Shown here in pieces: positions 13,412 to 27,439 of a DNA stretch of 64,000 nt. Under the pieces are notes generated by a model. That model saw only the letters and a list, made by a program, of their open reading frames with translations, ran no database searches and was not told the origin of the DNA. Where the stretch lies: positions 3,720,001-3,784,000 of the forward strand of contig CM007992.1 in the NCBI GenBank assembly GCA_002189035.1. Direction: 5' to 3'. Position 1 is the stretch's first letter; each line of letters begins with the position of its first letter. The position numbers and the translations under genes are program-made. This DNA comes from Utricularia gibba. Taxonomy: Eukaryota; Plantae; Magnoliophyta.

Positions 13412-13513
13412 GGCCCAATATACGTTTGGGCCTCCATTAAGCGGGAAATCGGCCCAATAGAAAAGAAGTATTCAGCATCCGGCATTTCTGATCGGAAGGC
13501 ACATAAACCCTAA
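13412..13513 (+). promoter_or_regulatory. Site II (TGGGCC/GGCCCA x3) plus telo-box AAACCCTAA in the eRF3 promoter
   Basis: ggccca 13412 and 13451, tgggcc 13427, aaaccctaa 13505; the combination is typical of plant translation-machinery genes. Confidence 0.7.
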
Positions 13514-13648
13514 CGGTCCCCAAGTTTCCAGATAGATCTCTCCAATTATCAGACCAGCTGTCAACGTTTGATGATTTTAAGTTGCCGTTGTTTGATTTCC
13601 TAAAGCCTTTCTTACCTTAGATTTGTTTCCGTTACTGTGCTTCGGATC

Positions 13649-16600
13649 ATGTCGGAATTTGGTGGGAATCTTGCAACGCAAGGTCGGTTTTGGATTATGA
13701 GCTTCCTGCCAAAGTTTTCATTATTTTTAATCTGGATTCTGAATTTTTGAGTTGGTGCAGATATAGAAGAGGACATCAAGGCGTTGCAGCTGGAGTCTTA
13801 TGGTAAGTGTCTTTTCTAAGACGTAGTTTTGCCGTGGTGATGATACTCAGAGGATTCTTGATTGCTGTTGGAAGATTCTGCAATGGCTGTTTCTGAAGAA
13901 GGAGGACCCTGTAAAGATGTGAATCGTGAGGATGCTGATGGAGGTTTGTTAGTTTGGGAATTTGAAAATTGCTGATGAATATTATTTGTTAAAGACGCTG
14001 TCTTACGTCATAGTTTTATGCCTTATTGTCACCTATGTTTTGTACTTCTAGCCGATGGTTTTGTGATGGTTAACGCTGTTGATGCAAAGCGTGAATCACT
14101 TGAAAATCTTGATGGTATTGATAAAGGTTGTGGTTTTGCATGTGGATGCTTCTTTTCTTATGAAACAGTGCTCCTTATGACATCCCTTTAGTCTTTATGT
14201 GTTGTCTTGATTTCATCAGACCACGCCTCCATTCTTAACGCAGTAGCTGGGGAGCATGATCAACATGACAGTATAGATGTAGGTATGCAGGAAAGCAAAC
14301 TATCTTCTTAGTAGTTTTTTAGAGGCTTTTCTCTACGTTTTCATTTTTTGGAAGACTTCTTTGTACTTTCCCAATCCTTCATTCTTATCAAACTGTAGAA
14401 ATGAAGGAAAGCTTTCATCCTGATGATGAGGAGGGGAGCCTCAGAAAGAGGCACTTGAATGTTGTGTTCATTGGTCATGTTGGTAAGCAGAACCTTATTT
14501 AATTTTGAATTCATGCAGATTGTATTTTATTATGTTGGAAATGTCTTTTGTTGAAAATGTTGAAAGTGCTTTCTGTCCTTAAAAAGTATTGAAGTTTCAT
14601 AACAATTTGCAAACACAGTATTTCTGTGAAAATCCTCGAGCGCTTCACATTAATTCTTTTCTCAGAATCAACCAGCTCATAAGTTTAGTACTAAAATCAT
14701 AGAAATCAAATGCATCTTTAAAGACAGAATTCTTACAGAGATTCAGTAGAAGTTAAATAAGAACATCATCATAGTCTTTAGATATCTCTTGTTGCTAACC
14801 GTTATAGTATGATTTGCAGATGCTGGGAAGTCTACAATTGGTGGGCAAACTTTATTTTTGAGCGGCCAAGTGGATGAACGCACCATACAAAAATATGAAA
14901 AAGAAGCCAAAGATAAAAGCAGAGAGAGTTGGTGAGTCGTTATAATGTCTCTATCTTCTCATTGTTTTTTTTTTTTTTATTTCAGCTTTAAAGTGCTTTT
15001 GATATATAGTCCCTTTGAAAGAGTATTTGTTATTTACTAAGTTTTAGATTTTCCGCATAGGTATATGGCATACATAATGGATACGAACGAGGAAGAGAGG
15101 GTTAAGGTTTTTTTTTCTGCTACTAATTCTTATAGTCTCCCTTTTTTATATGTCCGCCGTATTTTCTGCTCGCTAATTTTTGCATGGACTTTCTCATTTC
15201 TAGGGGAAAACAGTAGAAGTTGGGAGAGCTCATTTTGAAACGGAAACTACTAGATTTACCATATTGGATGCTCCGGTATCTGCATATCCATCCCTTTTCG
15301 GATAGTATATGTGATGGCCTTCTGCTGTGTGCCATATGTATTTTGAATTTTGCATGTAAAGCAGTATTAAAATCTTTTTTAAGTTGATTCTTTGATTTCC
15401 AGGGCCACAAAAGTTACGTACCAAACATGATAAGTGGGGCTTCCCAGGCAGATATTGGAGTACTTGTAAGTAATGCATGTCCTTGCCCATTATAAAGAGA
15501 GATGTTAATTGATCTGGTTCAAGTATTTCAGGTTGTAAGGCTATCTGCTAATAAAAGGAATTTGAATCATGTTATGCAAAAAGTGTGCATGTGAATTGTC
15601 TAATAATTTCTGTATGTGTCAGGTAATTTCTGCTCGCAAAGGAGAATTTGAAACTGGTTACGAAAAGGGTGGGCAGACACGGGAGCATGTCCAGCTTGCG
15701 AAAACTTTGGGAGTCTCTAAGTTGATAGTTGTTGTTAATAAAATGGATGAACCTACAGTAAAGTGGTCTAAGGAAAGGTAAAATGGATTTTAGTCCTGTT
15801 TTTTTTTGTTTTTTTTTTGCTCAGTTCCCATCCAATATCTTAGTTTGTGAATGCCACAGATTTGATGACATTAGGCTTAAGATGGAGGCTTTTTTAAAGT
15901 CATCAGGATATAATGTGAAGAAAGGCAAGTTTGATTTGTTAATCTAAATTCTCATGTTGACGTGGCAGCAGTCTTGCATGTAAACGTTTACCTGGGGATT
16001 TCTGTTGTTACAGATGTTCAATTTCTTCCAATATCTGGTCTTCTTGGGACAAATATGAAGACCCGAGTTGTTCCAAGCATATGCCCATGGTGGGATGGTA
16101 AATGCCTTTTTGAAGTACTTGATGCCATTGAAGTTCCAATGCGAGACCCCAGTGGTCCTGTAAGGTTGGAAAATAATTAAATGACTAGGTTTCCTTCTGT
16201 ATGTTTACGATTGTTCCTTGTACATTCCACCTATGTATCGTTAATTTTGCATTTGTGTTATTTTGCTCTTTCTATTATACCTTCTTATTGCAAGTTACTA
16301 CTTCCTGCTATGAGAAAGTACAAATGATAGCAACTCATCTTTTTTCACACTGCACTTTTTTTTTTTTTTACAGAATGCCTATCATTGACAAATTTAAAGA
16401 CATGGGGATTGTTGTCATGGGCAAAATAGAATCTGGGACTATTAGTGATGGTGATAATCTGCTCATCATGCCTAATAAGGTTGTTTTCTGTTTGTTTGTT
16501 TTTATCTAGAGGTGATGGTATGATCATGAAATTGAAAATGTATCGTCATTTATTTTCCATCTACAGGTCCAAGTGAAAGTCGTTGCTATATTTTGTGATG

Positions 16601-17486
16601 AAGATAGAGTTAGACGAGCTCAACCTGGTGAGAACTTGCGGGTCAGGGTATCTGGTATTGAGGAAGAAGACATTGTAACGGGCTTTGTTCTTTGCAGCAT
16701 TGGTAGGCTCCTCTATCTCTTCTACCAACTAAGCAGATTTTTTTGCTTCTGACGTCCATTTTTCTTTCCTTTTAAATATGCAGCAAGACCAATACCTGCC
16801 GTTTCAGAATTTGTTGCTCTTTTGCAAATCCTTGAGCTGGTTGACAATGTATGCTTTTTTTTTTCCTTGTTATGGAAAAGGGCTAGATGAATTTTTTTTA
16901 GATATATTTCATTGACATGTTAACTGAACAGTTTTATGCATTGTACCTCGTACTTTGTTTCACTGTCGGAAAACATTTTCAGGCAATATTTTGTGCTGGC
17001 TACAAGGCTGTTCTGCACATTCACGCAGTTGTGGAAGAATGTGAGATAGTTGAACTGATGCAGCAGATTGATCAGAAAACTAAAAAGCCAATGAAAAGGA
17101 AGCCCCTCTTTGTGAAGCAAGGCGCTTGTGTTGTCTGCAGAGTTCAGGTCAGCTTCATAATTCCTTCCTTGCAACGAAATAGGACAAGGCATGCCATGCC
17201 GTGTCCATTTTTTTTTGAGATCAAGCTTTCTTGGTGCGTTAACTTAGTCCTTCCATGCTTGCCTTTCAGGTCAGTAACCTGATATGCATTGAGAAGTTCT
17301 CCGATTTTGCACAGCTCGGGAGATTCACTCTACGTACTGAAGGTTAAGGCTTAGTTTTCAGTATCTAACCCAGTCTCCTCCTACCCTGTGAGTTGAACTC
17401 ATGATGCATGATCTTTGTATTTGTCAGGGAGAACTGTGGCCGTGGGTAAAGTGACCGACGTTCCTAATTCTAGTGACCACATGTAA
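13649..17486 (+). CDS. ERF3: Eukaryotic release factor 3 GTPase (eRF3/SUP35), multi-exon
   Basis: [66 protein letters not shown]; one GC-AG intron starting at 15925. Confidence 0.95.
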
Positions 17487-18805
17487 CCGATTTTGCCAAA
17501 CAGGTAGTCTCTCAACCCGTGTTTCTTTTTTCTTTTTCATCCTATAAAGCTCCCTTCTCCCTCCCCAGCAGGAAGGGGTTCCCTTCCCAACTGAACTCTT
17601 CCAGATTGTCCCGAGTGTTAAGTCCCTTTTGACAACCCCCATAGCCATATTCTATAACACTGCGAATGGGAGATATCTTCTCAGTGTTCCACTTTACTTT
17701 CTGCAGGTGCTCGACATCTCTCTGAGGCCAAGAGCTGCAATGCACAAGATTCTTTCTGTACTTGCAAGGTTCCAGTGGATGCCTTGCTGCCATGTTGTGT
17801 TGTGTTGTTTGCCTTCGCGGATGCTCATCTTCGTGAGGGGTTGGGACTGCGCGTGGATGGATGTATTTGAGTCAATTTTCAGTTATTTATTCGTCAATCG
17901 TCGTTATTACAAAATAACTTATCGGGCTTCGTGGCCCATCAATTCTAAGGGCGGCCGCGTTTCTATTTACTTGAGCCCATTACGTAATTGGGCTAAGTTC
18001 GGGGAACTTGCCATTGTTAGGAAATTCCGCAATGGAACTGCAACGGTGGCGATAATCAGTTGTCCGATTCTTGTGGCAGCCATCGTTGCCTTCGAGGCTT
18101 GAGCGCCGTTGATTAGAGGAGGAAACTGGTGGCCGACTGAGCCAATGAATGCTGTTTGGAGGTTTCGTTTTCTCCTTTTTCCGTCGATTTTCGAGGGTTT
18201 TCTGTGAATTTATTGTTACTGTTCTTTTTTGCAATGTTTCTGCTGGTCATCTGCAGCATCTACGGATGGTGAGATTCTGTTTTCGTATTGCGCTTCGATA
18301 GATATTTATATTGACTTTTCTGTGTCGGTTTCGTTTCCATGGTGCTCGCCCATTTGGTTGACTTGGGAATGAGATTCCCTGACTCTCTGTTCGGATTATC
18401 CCACGTTCATCAAATCTGTTAAAATGTGTGACTGGAGAGTGATTTGTTTTAGCGATTGGAATGTTTAGGGAAATGGTAGTTTTTTCTGAACTAGCGCTCT
18501 GCTAGCTGCATATTTGAAGATGAACTTGTTTGTAATTTAGAGTGAGTAACTGGAAGAAAAATCTGTCTTTTCCTCACTTTCTTTGGGTAATTTTTCCGTG
18601 CTGCATTTCATCCTTGATTTAGAGTCATGTAAGTTGTTCTTTCAGCTTGAAGGCCACCTTATTTACTTCAAGATTATTCTTTAGATCCTGCTTCGATTTT
18701 CTTAAATAGCGTTTCTGTATTACTTGTTGCAACAGGGCGTCTTGATTATTCATCACTTTCTGATTTCTGTTCGCACTTGACCTCTGGCTTGAACACTGTT
18801 CGGTA

Positions 18806-21800
18806 ATGGCTAGAAAAGGAAATCAGCTAAGGAATGGTCTGTCCCAGCGATCAAAAATGCATAATAAAGAAACGGACAGTTCTACTTTACCTTCCAAAAA
18901 AAGTGATCACGCTTTTGGGAAAGATGAAGTAATAGTAGAAGAACTTCCTACTGGAGATCATTCTATATCATCCGTGGATAGTGTTACTGACATGGATCAC
19001 AGTCCGTCTGTGAAGAAGAGCAAGAAAAGGCCAAAGGGTCCAAGAAGGCAGAAATTGGATTTCAATGAGACCCTTGCTGGAAATGCAAAGCCATTTGGTG
19101 GGTATAATGAAACAGAGCAGAATGATGGATCTAAAGCTTCTGTATCAAACTTAACAAAACAAGATGATTCGCCTTCTCATAACTTTGATGATATGAATAG
19201 TGACATACTTCATGGAGGCAATACACATAAAAATGCTGAGTTTCCAGAAACTGTGGCTTTTAAATTCCTCAGAACTGCAGCTCTCTCTATGGCTAGTACA
19301 TTCGCTCAGTGGGTGAAGAGGAACAGTCCTGTCTTTGTTGCCTTAAAGATGAGCACATTTTCGGGGTGTGATTATGTGCATAGGAAGATTCAACTTGCAT
19401 TTCCTGTCATACTCCGGTGGACCGTATACATAAAAAATATCTTCGTTTTTCTGTTTCTCGTTTGGCTGGACTGTGCTCTCAGAGGAATAGATTCACTTTT
19501 GCGTATGGGAACAACTTCATTTTTCTCTGTTTTCTGGTGCTGTGTTCTGTTGGTTTTATCAGTGATAGGGATCAGCAAATTTCTGTTGACACTGGTAAGC
19601 AACATGCTTTTTATTTTAAACATTGTGCTCGTATGCTGCCATGCAGAGGCTAACAAAAATTTATTTATATTATATGATTACATTGGGTCCATTATCTATA
19701 TGGATATGGGGTTGCTACTCCATCAGTGAAAATTATGCTGTCATTTTCAGAATACAATAAAAGAGGATTTGAAAATGCGTTGGAAGCTTCATATTTACAA
19801 TTCATTTCTGAGCTCACCTGTGATTTTCATCCAATAGTTTCAACATTGGTTGTAGTGTTTTCAAATTGCAGACAGCAAGCAACCTCGTTCCAAAGTTTAA
19901 AATTATATTATTTAAATTTGACTTAAGCTCATTGGTACTACAGGCTATTTTGGCAGTTGTAGCTCTATTTCTAGGATTCATGTTCACACTTTTCCTAACT
20001 GGAGTTATGGGTATTGCGCTCTTGTGGATTTATGGAAGCTTTTGGACAACGGGTCTTGTCATAGCACTTGCAGGTGGCCATTCCTGCAGCTTTGCAACTG
20101 GTTCCTCATGCAATGTACATTTTTCTTAGTATATTTGTTTTAAACTCGTGTCTGATCATTGTTTTTGGTCAAGTGCAGGGTTGGCATTTGCAACTGCTCA
20201 TGATCGTATCGCTCTGTTGATGATGAGTGGATATTCAATATATTATACATGGAACGTTGTTGGGTGGCTTGGCATACTTTTGGTCTTAAACTTATCTTTC
20301 ATTTCAAGTGATGTTCTGCTATTTTTCCTGAGGGGTATTGTGGATAATGGAACAGCGAGTAGTTCCCCAGAAGAAGCAACTGGATTTCAAGGTCATTCTG
20401 CTCCTTCTGATGAAGCTATGCATGATTCACCCACAGAATCTACTTCTCAGAGTCAGAGGGCTGATCGAGGCCCAGGATTACCTTCAACTAGTGGTTCTGA
20501 TTCTGAAGTAACATCCGAAGATGAAGTCATTAGACTGTTGAACTGCAGTGACCATTATACTGCACTGGGTCTTTCAAAATTTCAGAACATAGATGCATCA
20601 GTTATGCGAAAGGAGTACAGGAAAAAGGTGAATGCAATATAATAAAAATATTTGTATAAATTCGGTTTCATGAAAAAATGATGTTGTACTCCTGCCTTAT
20701 GCTATGGCAGCTGTTGCGTAAGCAATGTGGCTGAAACACAACAGATGTGTCTTGATCGAGAATGCTGTTGATGGTTTCACATGTTGATGTATTTAATGTG
20801 TTTGCAGGCTATGCTTGTACATCCTGACAAAAATCTGGGCAACGCACAGGCTGCAGAAGCCTTCCAGAAACTTCAGAACGCATATGAGGTAATTTCAGGT
20901 TTTAACACATATTCTTTGTTGCGATACCTTCAGAAAATTTTCTTTGATGTGCATGTGAATTTTATTCACTAAAAGTAGTAAAACACTTCAATAGGAATTC
21001 TTCAATCCATGCATCGCACGAAGGTAGCCTTTAACAAAGTTCTCCCCCTCCCCATTAGGTTTTACTGGATTCCCTTAAGCGCAAAGAATATGATGATGAG
21101 TTGAGAAGGGAAGAGCTTTTGAAGTATTTACGTAAATTCCAGAATGCTGGCCGTGAGGTTTGAGGCTGGTCCCCTTTCTTCTCTCATTTTGGCATAATGA
21201 ACTGGTTGTTTCTTGTACTTATATGTCGATGTCTATCTGATAAATCTTCTTGTCAATCACCGAAGCAGCTGGGATAAGTCCCCGCTCTGATTATACTATT
21301 ATCTAACATGTGAAAGCGCTTTGCGCTATGATGCTCTATTGAGCGTGAACTTGTGCAACTTTGATGAAGATTAGATGATGAGCTGTTTGTATTCTTCGCG
21401 TATTCTTTTATTCTATCATTTTCCTGTTTTCTTGTTTTCCCAGAACAAACAGAATGGTTCTTCTAGATCTGGGTTGGGTCGCACAGAAGTTACTGCTGAT
21501 GACATCCTTGGAGAGTCCAGACGAATCGCATGCAAGAAGTGTGCTCTTTTTCATGTTTGGGTCTATACAGATAAACCTAAATCTAAAGCTCGATGGTGCC
21601 AGGTACTAATATTTCTAGGATCAACAGTCAGAGAAATCATTAAGAAGCCCAACCCATTTGTGGTGATTTTTTATTGAAACATTCCACCTCTTTTCAGGAG
21701 TGTAAAGATTTTCATCCTGCTAAAGATGGTGATGGTTGGGTTGAACATTCTACCCGGCCCATCTTTTTCGGAATGCTGCAAAAGGTAGGCACCATAAGCA

Positions 21801-22355
21801 GAAAAATATTTCTCCAGAAACCATGAGCGTTCCTTCAAATATTCAGATTTTATCCCACTCCTTTGTTGACAATTTCAAGGTAGAAGCTCCTTCTGCCTAT
21901 GTGTGTGCTGGAGGCAAGGTATACAGAGTAACAGAATGGTTCATTTGCCAGGTAGCATGACATTCTCCGCTGTTCAAGCAGTGCATTTTAGGGGCCTACA
22001 ATTCCCCAAGCTATTCGTCTTTCTGCCCTTGTAGGGACTGAGGTGTCCTGCCAATTCGCACAAGCCCACTTTCCAAATCAACACAAGCATTGGGTCAAAG
22101 AACTGCAGTGCCAAGGGCAATACTTCAGGCCAAAGGGGTGCAGGGGTTCCCCCGCCTAATATGGAAGAGACAATGACAGAGGAAGAATTCTTTGAGTGGC
22201 TACAAAATGCAGTGGAAAACGGCATGTTCTCCAATTTCGGCGAAAGCTCATCAGAAAAACCATCTGGTTTCAATGCCAAGAGTGGCGGCAGCGGCAGCAG
22301 CAGCAGCAGCAACAGTAGTTTCAAACGGAAGAAGAAGGCAAAGAAGCCATGGTGA
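18806..22355 (+). CDS. DnaJ-domain membrane protein with C-terminal Jiv-type region, 9 coding exons
   Basis: MARKGNQ start, TM cluster, DHYTALG..RKEYRKKAMLVHPDKN, CKKC..H.W, WCQECKDFHPAKDGDGWVE, EEFFEWLQNA. Confidence 0.88.
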
Positions 22356-23026
22356 GTATCAAATTCAAAGCCATAGGTTTGTAGGCGTATCAACACCGAA
22401 CAACACGGTTACTCAGCACATGGATGACTCAGTAATTTCTCTGCATGTATATTGAAATTTCTCAGCGGCTGATGAACGTAGTAAGCAGGTCGCTCAATGA
22501 TCCTCCGCTCTTGCCTGCTCCCTATCAGATGAGAGACGTTCCTCTGTCTGCTCTTCCACGTCGACGGGCTTAGGCCCAGGTCCATTTAGAGAAATCCAAA
22601 CAGTCTGGCTCAACATACAAATGAAAAGGCCTCTAGCCCAATGCTTTTCTTATATATTTCAAAGCCCAAATATTGTAGGAGTCGGGCCGGGCTCTGGAAC
22701 CACCAATCCACACAGAAAACTCAAAAGCAGGGAGCACCCCATTTGCACCATGATCTTATATTATATAGAAAAAAACAACTATACCAAACAGACGCTCAAT
22801 TAAATCTTTCACCAAAACCCTAGCCCTAATTTCCTACAGAATTTAGGGTTAAAAAAAAGACAAACAAATGAGAGACAAATGCTCAACACTCGACCCAAGT
22901 TTTATTTTTTTTGTTTTGGTATGCGTGCAGAGATTAGCTAAAGGTAAACATGGAAAAGAGCGTTATAACCCGATTAAGGACACTAGAATTGGATTAAAGA
23001 CACCTTGAAAGGTTGTCTGATTCCTA

Positions 23027-24037
23027 CTACATCCTCGGATCTTTCCTAATCTTCGAAGGCAGCATGTCTTCAAGGAGCCCATGATCCCTCTCCATGCAAG
23101 AAGCAGGAGGGCAAAACGTGGTTTCGCTGAACGCCGGATCGGGGATGGGAAAACAAGGTGGCGCCCTTTGGTGGGTTTGCGGCATCATGAATCGAGACGA
23201 TGGGCACCTGCCTCCCCGGGCGGCGGCGGTCTCAGATAGCAGGCCGAATGCTCCTCGAGGCGTGATTGGGCATGGGTGTGTGTGTGTGCCTTCGTAGGTT
23301 GTAATGACAATGGATCGATCTTCAAGACATCTTTCCACTCTTTTCTTAACCCCGCATGATGTATTAGTGCAACGGTAGTAACTCCTGCACCATCAAAAAC
23401 CCCACCAAAGGAAGACATGATGGATGATTGTTTCAACAAGCGAGCTCCCCTCCCTCCTCAAATAAAAGGGTGTCAGGTGTGAAAATGGAAACATACCTTG
23501 GGAATGGACTGTTCTTCACTCCCTTTTGGCCGTACTTCCTCCATCTATAACCGTCGTCTAAATGGTCAATATCAGTCTTGGTCATGAAAGCAAATCTGGG
23601 CTCCCTCTGCCGTTTGATCTTGTTCTTCGCCCCCAAGCTGAATCAAAACAAACCAGATCAAGCTTAGAGACAGTATGCACACCCGGCTAAGAAAGTGAAA
23701 CTCACAGCTTCTTGATCTGGTTTTGACTTCTTTCATCCTCATTTCCAATGTTACTCCTTTTCCCATCGTCGAGTCCGACACCCTCATTCGTAGAGGAAGA
23801 AGCGGAATTCGGAGACGCAGGAGCTTTGGAAAACTCCGAGTATTCCCTGGCAGCGGAAACCGACAGAATCTTATGGGCGGTAACACTTTGAAGCAGATCG
23901 TCGAATGTAGACCGGGAAGAACCAAAGTCGTGTGAAGTCAGCATATCTAAGAACCCTAAAGTTTCCTTACTGTCACGATCGCCATAAAAGCTTCCTTCCC
24001 CAACCGTGGAAAAGCTGCTTATTTCCGGGATCATCAT
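23027..24037 (-). CDS. Group IIc WRKY transcription factor (WRKY48/23-like), 3 exons (24037-23706, 23637-23497, 23384-23027)
   Basis: [23 protein letters not shown], then RSYYRCT...C..H.H C2H2 finger, C-terminal GLLEDMLP. Confidence 0.93.
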
Positions 24038-27000
24038 CTTAACCTGATCCTATTGTCAATAAAATTCGACTGAATTCTTTCTTCTCCTCTCTCCCACTGC
24101 TGCTAATCTTGTATTCTATAGAAGATTTGCTCCTATTCACTTGTGAACGAGAGGAAGAAAACATGAGAAAGGAAAAGAAACCGACGACTAGTAGGCTCCT
24201 TGTCATGAAATATTTATACAGCCCACAAAGCAAAACCACAAAAAAAATTATCTTTTTTTCTAGCATTCTGTCCATCCAATTCATTGATGCCTTGGGCAGA
24301 CCATTCTGAGATGTTTTATTTTGAAATCTTAGAACGGGCAGTTCAACTATTCATTTACCTCGTTTACCGTGTGGTGTTAGGTCCATCCTGCTACCACTTG
24401 CGAATTACATTACTCGTACCAGCAAGCAGCTACCTTGAATTCACTACCCTTCACCACAAATCGTGACATTTCAACGTCCATAAGTGTTTTTTTTTTTTCT
24501 TACTGCCCATTCCTCCACACAGTGAACACAACAATGCTCTCATACTTGTCTCACAACGCAGGAACAAAGAGATAGATGGGCAGGCAGGCTGAGGCTGAAG
24601 CTGAGTGGGAGCATTGAATGTGCGTAGTCCATCCCAGGCCATGCTTTCATACCTTTCCCCTTGACCGCCGCGCGTGACAGACTGGTAATCAATGCTATCT
24701 CATCTGAGGCTGAGACTGAGACTCGTCCCATTGTCATTGCCTTGTGATTGGAGATTGTATTTTATTTCTTCTCGGGGGAAACGTACTCGTCGGATTGTTG
24801 TTAAGGTATCTTGTTTGGGAACCGTTAACCGCAAAACCCCAAAAAAGTGACCATTAATGATGACGAGTGGGAGTGCAAGAGAGAGTTATCGAGCCTCGCT
24901 CATTTCTTTGTTTGTCTGTTTTGCTGGGGGAGCAGACACGTGGGGCCTCAGCAGTAGCAGTAAATAGCAGTGGTGGGGGCGGGGGAAGGCCGAGACGGCG
25001 GACCGGCCCCTGGGCGTCCAGCGTAACCCCGATCTGAAAAAACCAGGCGGTTGCTTCTTCGAACCGCATCGCATTTAAGTCACCGATGACGATCACACCA
25101 CGTCGGCACACCCCCACAACACAGTATCTGCAGTTCTTTCAAAATCCCAACAACACGCAGAAATGAAATCGGACACCTCACCAACCAAGACGAAATTCGG
25201 GCATGGGAAACGTTGATCGCAACCCTCCACCAGCCATCACCCCACCCGGCGAGCCTCCACCAGCACCCACTTGGCTTGACTGTGTGACAAGAAGATTGGG
25301 CTGGCTAGCCCCTTGGAGACAGATGTCCCGGGCCGATGCGAAGAAGACAAAGCTTCGCCATCATGAATCCATGGAAGAAATAGGCGTGATGAGAAGGGAA
25401 GGGAGCGATTGCCATGTCGCGGTCGACGGCAACTGGTCCGGGTCTCTTATCAGCCTGCCCAATTCACACCTAACCCTACCGTCTTTTCGACGTGGCCCAT
25501 TGCCCCCAAATTGATCGGGAACGGGAATGCTTGTTTTTATTCAAATATATTAAAAAATCAAGCTCTAGAAAATTAATTTAATTAATTTCTACTTGTAGAA
25601 TATTTTGGGGAATTTTGAATTGAAATTATATCAATTTGTTATAATTCATTACAAACATTTCCATTGTTAAAACAAAAAATAATCTATAAAAATATAAATA
25701 ATTAAGATCTATTTGGTGTTGCTTCAATTTCAATAAAAGCAATTGTAGAAGAGATTTTCGTATAAAACACGCATTGATTCTGCTTCACATGAAGCTAAAC
25801 AATGTAGTATTTTAATTTTTTTAAAAGATGGGATGCCTCTATTCCAAAAAAAAAACAACTAAAATACTTTTATAATCATTTCTTTGGATTTGTTTTTTGA
25901 AGCTATATCAAAAGACCCTTAGTTATTAAAATTATTTCTCATTTTTAATATAATAATAATTCTTAAATAATATATATCAATTTTTATTATATTAATTATG
26001 AGGTGATTTTTCCCGATGTCTCCAAAGGATCCACTGCGTGGGTTTATTAGATTTGATGGTGATCTCACGCGCTCTTTCTGTGGTAAAACACAGCATGCAA
26101 ATTAGGGTTTGAAGTTGAAGGGTGCTTTGCGTGGGAATAATTAAATTGCATGCGTGGGTTGGTTCCCCTTTGGTGCCCTTATCCTTTGGTTGATGAATGA
26201 AATGGGATGGGATTGGGGGCTGCGTGGATCCCACGCACGCCAACAGACATCTAATTCTGCTGCTATTGCTAATGCCGACGATCAATTAATGCCATATCAG
26301 ATGAGATGAGCAATCTCAACTGTCGGCCATGCTTATGCTTTGCTTTGCTTTCCTTCCCCGGATAGCATTAGTGCATCACCATCCCTCCCACGCCCACTGT
26401 TTCAACGGACCGTAATCCAACTCAAGCACCTGGTGGCGACGTACACGTTGATTCGCTGGTGCAGTGAGTGGGGGGCATGGCAGGTGTTACTGTTGGGCAT
26501 CGCCATGTGCATCCATGCCTTTTTGGTTCATCAAAGCCGCCAAAATCGGTGCAAAAGCTGGAAACCCTCATGCTGCTACTTCTTTCTTTCTTTCTCCCAA
26601 TGATCGATCATCTTAGATCCATCCCTCTTGCCTACCTACACGCATTTTTGATTGAAACCACATAGCAGATAAACAAGGAAAGGGGTACTACAACTACAGT
26701 AGGGGAGGGGAGGGGAGGACCCGGGAGCATCTGTGGATTGGATTTTATGGAGTGGTACTGGTGTTGGTGATCGTAAATGCAGCATGTGGGAGAAGAGTGG
26801 AATCCCGGGAAATCCCATGTGTTGGTTAGTTATGGTTGAGTGGCGGCTTCGGCTTCGGCTTCAATGGGGGAATATGGATGACAGGGAGAGGTGACCCTGC
26901 GGTAGGGCACCCCAGCCGTAGCAAGGAATAAGGACAGGGAGAGTGGGAAATTTCATATGCGATACAACTTCGAAATACCATGGATTTATTGTACGAAGAA

Positions 27001-27439
27001 GAAAAGGAGATGGAGGTGGGGGCCTTTGTCGTTGTTTTCCGATTGCGAGTACTTGTTTAAGTGAGGGATGGGGACCTTTTAAGTCACATGCATATCCTTG
27101 TTTTCAACGCACAATCCAGAGGCACGTTACCCATCCTCCCCGTGGTCCATCTTTGCCTTCTTTTTTAGGTCATGTTCATGAAATAGATCTTGTGCCAAGC
27201 CATCGCCTTCACCCCCACTTTCCCATTCAATCAGCATATGATTCATTTCAGGCACCTTTTGCGTTTCAAATTTATGGATGATCATGAGCCAGCCAGCCAC
27301 TGGAAACACACAGATTCTCTGGTGGTGTGATTTTCGAGAACCTCCCGACTATGGGGAGAGGAGATAAACAAAGCATGGAAACTAATTCACATAATCATGT
27401 AAACTTTGTGCCAGCAGCACCACATCAGTTCGGTGTAGA

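Noticed and set aside
22465-22535. Stem-loop with a ctgatga box-C-like motif, possible snoRNA
   Set aside because: No properly placed box D (CTGA) and no terminal stem; it lies in the likely DnaJ 3' UTR
24858-24920. gctcatttctttgtttgtc resembles a miR156-star arm
   Set aside because: The upstream arm does not match TGACAGAAGAGAGTGAGCAC and pairing relies mostly on G-U wobble
24300-27400. Many 60-110 aa ORFs in the WRKY-bHLH intergenic region
   Set aside because: No splice-consistent or motif-bearing product; more consistent with regulatory non-coding DNA
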